From: Octopus sinensis | Lineage: Eukaryota | Direction of reading: 5' to 3' | Length of the DNA stretch: 7,027 bases | Assembly (NCBI RefSeq): GCF_006345805.1 | Contig: NW_021829020.1 | Location: forward strand, 1 to 7,027 | In this document: positions 6,409 through 7,027 of the stretch, in pieces | Numbering within the stretch: the first letter of the stretch is position 1 | How the letters are laid out: each line of letters begins with the position of its first letter | The notes under the pieces: generated by a model | What the model saw: only the letters and a program-made list of their open reading frames with translations | What the model was told of the DNA's origin: nothing | Database searches by the model: none | Program-made: the position numbers and the translations under genes

Positions 6409-6444
6409 ATCCCTATCCCAGTCTTCCTTTCGTGGTGAGCTTTC

Positions 6445-6780
6445 TCATTCATACTCTCTCTCTCTCTCTCTAATTCTTCTACCTACTCCTCTCTTTCTCT
6501 CTTCCTCTCTCTCTCCCACCTCTCCCCCTCTCTCTTATTACAAATCACTCAAACGCTCTCCATCCCATCCTCTTAGTTCCACTACTTCTTTTCCACTGGG
6601 CCTCCTTTTCTCTCCCACTCCCGCCCCCACTCAATTCCTTTGTACTCTTCTCTCTCCCTCCCTATCTCATGTATTCTCATCCCACTTCAGTCAAAATTAG
6701 CTGCACACCCCTTCCATTCCTCTCTCACCACCATGACACATCACCGCCCCATCTTAGCCCTTATCTATACCCCTCCCCTC
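6445..6780 (+). repeat. Pyrimidine-rich (CT) low-complexity tract
   Basis: (CT)n at ~6454-6470 followed by C/T-biased sequence. Confidence 0.8.
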
Positions 6781-6851
6781 AGCAGTTATGGCGCTCATTA
6801 GCGGTGCTCGCCACTCGCTCTTGTATTTGTTTATTCATGTATGGCACTGAA

Positions 6852-7027
6852 ATAGTGGTAGTGGTAGTGGTGGCGGTGGCGGAGGTGGTGGAGGTGGCTG
6901 AGGTTACGGTGGTGGTGTTGGTAGTAGTGATTGTGGGTGATAGTGATGGCGGTTGTTGTGGTAGTGGTGATGATCGTGGCAATGGTGGTTACGGTAGTTG
7001 TGGTGGTGGTGGTGGTGTCAGAAGTGA
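6852..7027 (+). repeat. Degenerate (GGT/GTA)n trinucleotide repeat, runs off the window edge
   Basis: GTG/GTA/GGC period-3 units; explains the Thr-rich minus-strand ORF. Confidence 0.85.

Noticed and set aside
6779-6982. Thr-rich mucin-like minus-strand ORF
   Set aside because: Translation of a degenerate (ACC)n trinucleotide repeat.

Overview
Eukaryotic, repeat-dense DNA with no supportable long gene; it reads as the inside of a large animal intron or an intergenic region. The repeat families resemble those I recall from octopus/coleoid cephalopod genomes (an inference, not a database result). Contents: (1) a 566-bp internally deleted mariner transposon with near-perfect TIRs and a TA target duplication (195-760); (2) at least three tRNA-derived SINE families, here called A, B and C, including a C copy nested in an A copy with a perfect 15-bp TSD and a rearranged tandem array of C copies; (3) many microsatellites and purine/pyrimidine tracts. 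Nearly all ORFs in the supplied track are artefacts of these repeats. The best non-repeat signal is a candidate 12-nt microexon or recursive splice site at 1888-1899 (+). I found no convincing evidence of a wholly new biological system; the findings are testable hypotheses.
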